A stretch of DNA of 64,000 bases from positions 5,819,802 to 5,883,801 of the forward strand of contig NW_026943825.1 of assembly GCF_035594765.1 (NCBI RefSeq), read 5' to 3'. The translations under genes were made by a program, and so were the position numbers. Shown here in pieces: positions 58,856-64,000 of the stretch (within the stretch, counting starts at the first letter, position 1; every line of letters begins with the position of its first letter). The DNA is from Anolis carolinensis (Eukaryota). The notes below the pieces were generated by a model. That model ran no database searches and was not told where the DNA came from. It was given only the letters and a program-made list of their open reading frames with translations.

Positions 58856-61121
58856 TGATGCCTCAAATAATGCAATTTTATTAATATCTATTTTTATTTT
58901 TGAATTTGACCCGTAGCTGCTGCATTTCCCACCCTCGTCATATACTTGAGCCAATAAGTTTTCCCAGTTTTTGTGGTAAAATTTTCTGCCTCGGCTTATA
59001 TTTGGGTCGGCTTATACTCGAGTATATACAGTATTCAAAATGTGTGTGTTTGGTAAATATCAGGGCTCTGTTGATAACCTTTTGGGGGTATATTAATACA
59101 TGAAATCAGCATCTAAGTGTTGAGATATTAAAAAAGAGTGGACTCTTGAGTACTATTTTCTAGTTTCACTGATAGTGGCAGTTGAATCATAACAAAGAAA
59201 GACACCCTTGACATGTTCAGAGGCACTCTCTTTATTGCTTCACATATTCTGGGGCTGTAACCTTCCCGCTGATTCAAATACGGGTCCAACCTAATCTCAG
59301 TCACGTTGCTGAGCTCCTCGGGTGATATTTGTTAAGAAACAGGCGCTTTTCACAGCAGTTTTGGAAAGAGAAAAGGTTTGCTGCAGGACAGGAAAACAAT
59401 TTCCGTTTCCGAGGCACCAGCCCTGATGTTTGGGACTTTCTCTGCAGTGCAAAGTAGCGTATACATTACCAGGTTGCTGTTTAGCTGTGCGCAAAACACA
59501 AATTCTGACAAATTCTGTAAATTGGAGGAGGGGAAAAAACCTCCTGAAAAGGAATTTACAAAAAGCAAAGTGTCACAAATGGATTAGCATGATAAAATCC
59601 AACATTACGCTGCCCGAGATGGAGACCTGACTTGCTCTTTCAGCCAGTGTGACTTAAGTTTTTAAAAATGTATCTCTATCTACTTGATCATTGTTGGCTA
59701 ACTTTGAAATATGTGTTGTCGAAGGCTGTCATGGCCGGAATCACAGGGTTGCTGTGAGTTTTCTGGGTTATCTCGCCATGTTCCAGAAGCATTCTCTCCT
59801 GACGTTTACCCACATCTATGGCAGGCATCCTCAGAGGTTGTGAGGTCTGTTGGAAACTAGTCAAATTAGGTTTATATATCTGTGGAATAATGTCCAAAGT
59901 GGGAGAAAGAACTCTTGTCTGTGGGAGGCCAGTATGAATGTTGCAGTTGGCCATCTTGATTAGAATTGAATGACCTTGCAGCTTCAAAGCCTGGCTGTTT
60001 GCCTCAAACAGATAAAGGTTATTTTTCCTACCCTGGACATCATTCCACAGGTGTATATATATGTGTGCATTTATATATACACATACACAAATATACATAC
60101 CGTATATACTTGGGTATAAGCCGACCTGAATATAAGCCGAGGCACCTAATTTTATCACAAAACTGGGAAAACCTATTGACTCGAGTATAAGATGAGGGTG
60201 GGAAATGCAGCAGCTACTGGCAAATTCCAAAAATAAAAATAAATATAGATACTAATAAAATTACATTATTTGAGGCATCAGTAGGTTAAATGTTTTTGAA
60301 TGTTTACATAAAATTGTAATTTATATTGATAATAATAATAAAACTTTAATAAGATAAGATTGTCTAAGTCTGATTACCTATATACTTGAATATAAGCCAA
60401 CCCGAACATAAGCCAGCCAGGATCCTCATTCGAGTATAAGCCAAGGGGAGCTTTTTCAGCCCTAAAAAGGGCTGAAAAACTAGGCTTATACTTGAGTATA
60501 TACAATATATTTGTTTTATCATTTTATTTTGTTATTATTGTGTTCTATTGTATGACTGTGTTTTAATCTGTTTTATTTTATTTGATCTGTTTTGTTGATA
60601 GTGTTTATTTATGTTTTAACTCTGTTCATATTTTGTTTTTGGGCCTGGCCGCATGTTAGCCGCCCTGAATCCCTTCGGGGAGATGGAGGCAGGATAGAAA
60701 AATACAGATATTATTATTACTATTACTATTATTATTATTTAATTCTAATCAAGGTGGACAACTGCAACATTCACACTTGCCTCAAACAGACATATATATA
60801 GATATATATATAGATACAGTAGAGTCTCACTTATCCAAGACTCGCTTATCCAAGGTTCTGAATTATCCAAGGCATTTTTGTAGTCAATGTTTTCAATATA
60901 TCATGATATTTCGGTGCTAAATTCATAAATACATTAATTACAACATAACATTACTGTGTATTGAACTACTTTTTCTGTCAAATATGCTGTATAACATGAT
61001 ATTTTGGTGCTTAATTTGTAAAATCATAACCTAATTTGATGTTTAATAGGCTTTTCCTTAATCCTTCTTTATTATCCAAGATATTCGCTTATCCAAGGTT
61101 TAGCTTGGATAAGTGAGACTC

Positions 61122-61167
<46 letters not shown>

Positions 61168-61235
61168 TAATTCTAATCGTGGACAACATTCACACTTGCC
61201 TCAAACAGACATATATATATATATAGATATATAAG

Positions 61236-61563
61236 TAAAGGTAAAGGTTTTCCCCTGACGTTAAGTCCAGTCGTGACCAACTCTGGGGGTTGGTGCTCAT
61301 CTCCATTTCTACGCCGAAGAGCCGGCGTTGTCCGTAGACACCTCCAAGGTCATGTGGCTGGCATGACTGCATGGAGGGCCTTTACCTTCCCGCCGGAGCG
61401 GTACCTATTGATCTACTCACATTTGCATGTTTTCAAACTGCTAGGTTGGCAGGAGCTGGTCCTAACAGTGGGCGCTCATTCTGCTCCCGGGATTTGAACC
61501 TGGGACCTTTTGGTCCGCAAGTTCAGCAACTCAGCGCTTTAACGCACTGTGCCACCAGGGGCC
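61236..61563 (-). mobile_element. Sauria SINE
   Basis: Full-length on the reverse strand. Confidence 0.85.
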
Positions 61564-61943
61564 CATAGATATATATACACATATACATATAAATACATAC
61601 ATATATCCCACTTGTCTAGTTTCCACCAGACCTCACAACCTCTGAGGATGCCTGTCATAGATGTGGGCCAAACGTCAGGAGGGAACATGGCCAGACAGGC
61701 CGGAAAACACACAGCAACCCTCTAACTTTGAAAGAGCCAGAGTTTGAAAGAGTTTGCTTTAGTGTGTCTGGTGCCATTTCCTGCTTCAAGAGCAATCGTC
61801 TTGGTCATACACATCGCGAATACAGCGTATTCCGAACCAGCTGAGCTCAGGTGTCACTGACTCTGATTTCTCCGCTTTCCTTTTAACGCCCTTCTCTTGG
61901 ATGCCAAGAGTGCCAGGGAGAGATTCTGAAGCAGAACGGTGCT

Positions 61944-63095
61944 TCATGGCGCACTCCATAGAGACTTGAGTTGGATATGCTGGGCCGTGCGCAATGCTCT
62001 GGAGGAACCAGGGGCCGAATCGTGAGGGGAGGATTGCGGTGCCGCATGTCCATGATGCCGGGCGCTTTGGGCTCTGACTGGGCAGTGGCTGTGGAGCTGG
62101 TGGCATACGGGTTGCACGTGGTAGTGCGCCTCTGCCTCTCGGAGATGCCTGGGTGGGGATCTGACCTGTGGTTGGTCGTCTGCAATGTGTCCGGCACATC
62201 CCTGAGGCCTGTCGGGTGCCACGTGCCTGGGACATGCTTCTCCTGTTGTTCCAATGTGTCTGTGGAGCTGTGGGCTCTGTCTGTGAGCCGGCTTGCCTTT
62301 CTTGTGCCGCTGATGGTGCTGGAGCGCGGCGCAGCATTTCAAGGCAATCGCGAGGACGTTTTTCCCCATGAAGATGGAGGAGATGCGCTGGTCGCGGCAG
62401 AGGAGCAGCAGCCCGCCGCGGATGAAGATGGTGGCCACGTTGACGCTGGCCAGGCTCAGCAGCGGGTACAGCGTGTCCGGCTGCGGGCCGCACACGCCCA
62501 GCTCGTTCAGCGACACGCAAGGCAGGACGAGCAGCAGCCCGTAGCAATAGAAGAAGGTCAAGCCCTCGGCCCACAAGGGCAGCACCCGCCCTTGCGGCTC
62601 CCACAAGCTGGCCTGGATCTCCAGCACGTCCAGCAGGTCCAGCACCACCCAAAACAGCCGCCCGCGGAGCTCGTCTTTCTTCCGGAAGCTGGCGGCGGCC
62701 TGGGCCACCAACTCAGCGGCTCCTAACACCGTGTAGAGCGCCGGGATGCAGACAGAGAGCAAAAGGGTGAGGGTGCGCCGGGCCAGCGGGTCGGGCACCC
62801 GCACCTCCGTGGCGTAATGCTGGTAGATGAAGTAGAGCTTGATCTCCAAGGCGAAGGCGAAGAGGAACCACAGGACCATGGCGTAGCCCCGCTGGGCCTG
62901 CCGGGCCTCACCGCCCACCCACGCCGTGGCGTAGCGCAGCGCCAGCAGGAAGAAGAGGTCCCCGGCCAGCGCCAGCGCCCCGACCCCCAGCCGCCGGGCC
63001 CCGGCGCTCTGCTCCACCAGGTAGACATCCATGGCTCCCATGGTGCAGACGATGACCACGGCCACCACACAGGTGTGCGGAGGGTGAGGCTCCAT
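61944..63095 (-). CDS. TMEM121-like multipass membrane protein (383 aa) with His/Pro/Gln-rich tail
   Basis: MDVYLVEQ, RGYAMVLWFL, LEIKLYF, LRGRLFWVVLDLLD, LPLWAEGLTFFYCY match the TMEM121 family; acceptor ctctccaaag| 6 nt before the ATG. Confidence 0.88.
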   Translation of the reverse strand: MEPHPPHTCVVAVVIVCTMGAMDVYLVEQSAGARRLGVGALALAGDLFFLLALRYATAWVGGEARQAQRGYAMVLWFLFAFALEIKLYFIYQHYATEVRVPDPLARRTLTLLLSVCIPALYTVLGAAELVAQAAASFRKKDELRGRLFWVVLDLLDVLEIQASLWEPQGRVLPLWAEGLTFFYCYGLLLVLPCVSLNELGVCGPQPDTLYPLLSLASVNVATIFIRGGLLLLCRDQRISSIFMGKNVLAIALKCCAALQHHQRHKKGKPAHRQSPQLHRHIGTTGEACPRHVAPDRPQGCAGHIADDQPQVRSPPRHLREAEAHYHVQPVCHQLHSHCPVRAQSARHHGHAAPQSSPHDSAPGSSRALRTAQHIQLKSLWSAP

Positions 63096-63236
63096 GGCTC
63101 CCTTTGGAGAGAAAGGAGAGCATAAACAGTCGGAATGACACTTGCAATCAAAGTCAAGCAACAACAGGACTGCCACCTCACCCACTGCACAGGAAATCTG
63201 CTACAAAACATGAGCTTTTTTGTTGAATTCCAGGGC

Positions 63237-63237
<1 letters not shown>

Positions 63238-63284
<47 letters not shown>

Positions 63285-63348
63285 GTGTTAGCGTGGGCAT
63301 TCCTGCAGCGATTCAGTGTGGCCTGTATTCTTCTTCTTCTTCTTTTTC

Positions 63349-63387
<39 letters not shown>

Positions 63388-63452
63388 TTATTATTATTAT
63401 TATTATTATGAAGTGTTAGCATGGGCATTCCTGCAGCGATTCAGTGTGGCCT

Positions 63453-63504
<52 letters not shown>

Positions 63505-63780
63505 GAAGTGTTAGCGTGGGCATTCCTGCAGCGATTCAGTGTGGCCTTTTGCAGTTGGCAGATCGTAATTTTGTCAATGTCTTGTTTACAAATTATTATT
63601 ATTATGTATTATTATTATTACTATTATTATGTGTTAGCGTGGGCATTCCTGCAGCGATTCAGTGTGGCCTGTATTCTTCTTCTTCTTCTTTTTCTACTTC
63701 TTCTTCTTCTTCTTCTTATTCTTATTATTATTATTATGAAGTGTTAGCATGGGCATTCCTGCAGCGATTCAGTGTGGCCT

Positions 63781-63817
<37 letters not shown>

Positions 63818-64000
63818 GAAGTGTTAGCGTGGGCATTCCTGCAGCGATTCAGTGTGGCCTTTTGCAGTTGGCAGATCGTAATTTTGTCAATGTCTTGTTT
63901 CCAAATTATTATTATTATGTATTATTATTATTACTATTATTGTGTGTTAGCGTGGGCATTCCTGTTTTGTTTCCAAATTATTATTATTATGTATTATTAT
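63238..64000. repeat. Compound satellite: gtgttagcgtgggcattcctgcagcgattcagtgtggcc units interleaved with (TAT)n and (TCT)n
   Basis: At least 6 units with higher-order periodicity; runs to the window end. Confidence 0.9.

Noticed and set aside
59378-59587. Possible MRPL11 exon 2 (KFCKLEEG)
   Set aside because: Does not match the expected uL11 FCKxFNxxT pattern and lacks convincing splice sites.
61786-62726. 288-aa and 251-aa ORFs overlapping the TMEM121-like gene
   Set aside because: GC-rich shadow frames with no recognisable domain.

Overview
Squamate genomic window, probably Anolis (Sauria SINEs, Penelope, R4/Dong, CR1, hAT/Tc1 MITEs), with gene content matching human 11q13.2. Order: 3' part of a divergent RBM14-like gene (+); a tandem LTR-int-LTR-int-LTR array of an intact Tf1/sushi-type (PEG10/RTL1-related) Ty3/gypsy retrotransposon (-, 3978-15510); RBM4 (+); intronless CCDC87 (-) head-to-head with CCS (+) across a 25-bp minisatellite; two head-to-head RBM14-like paralogs sharing an NRF1-motif-rich promoter; the start of MRPL11 (+); and a TMEM121-like gene (-) probably nested in an MRPL11 intron. 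The main candidate novelty is in the retrotransposon. Its integrase has no chromodomain. Instead pol reads through the PPT into U3 and encodes an acidic tail containing LRDIFAAPSDEESFEGF, which resembles the LEDGF/p75 IBD-binding (TND-interacting) motif of JPO2/CDCA7L and IWS1 and suggests host-mimicry integration targeting. The element also shows tRNA-independent self-priming and a -1 frameshift signal. The array has no target-site duplication and sits at the end of a near-identical duplicate (1-3977 = 48670-52652), implying LTR-mediated rearrangement or a haplotype misjoin. Homology calls are from memory of the families; no searches were run.
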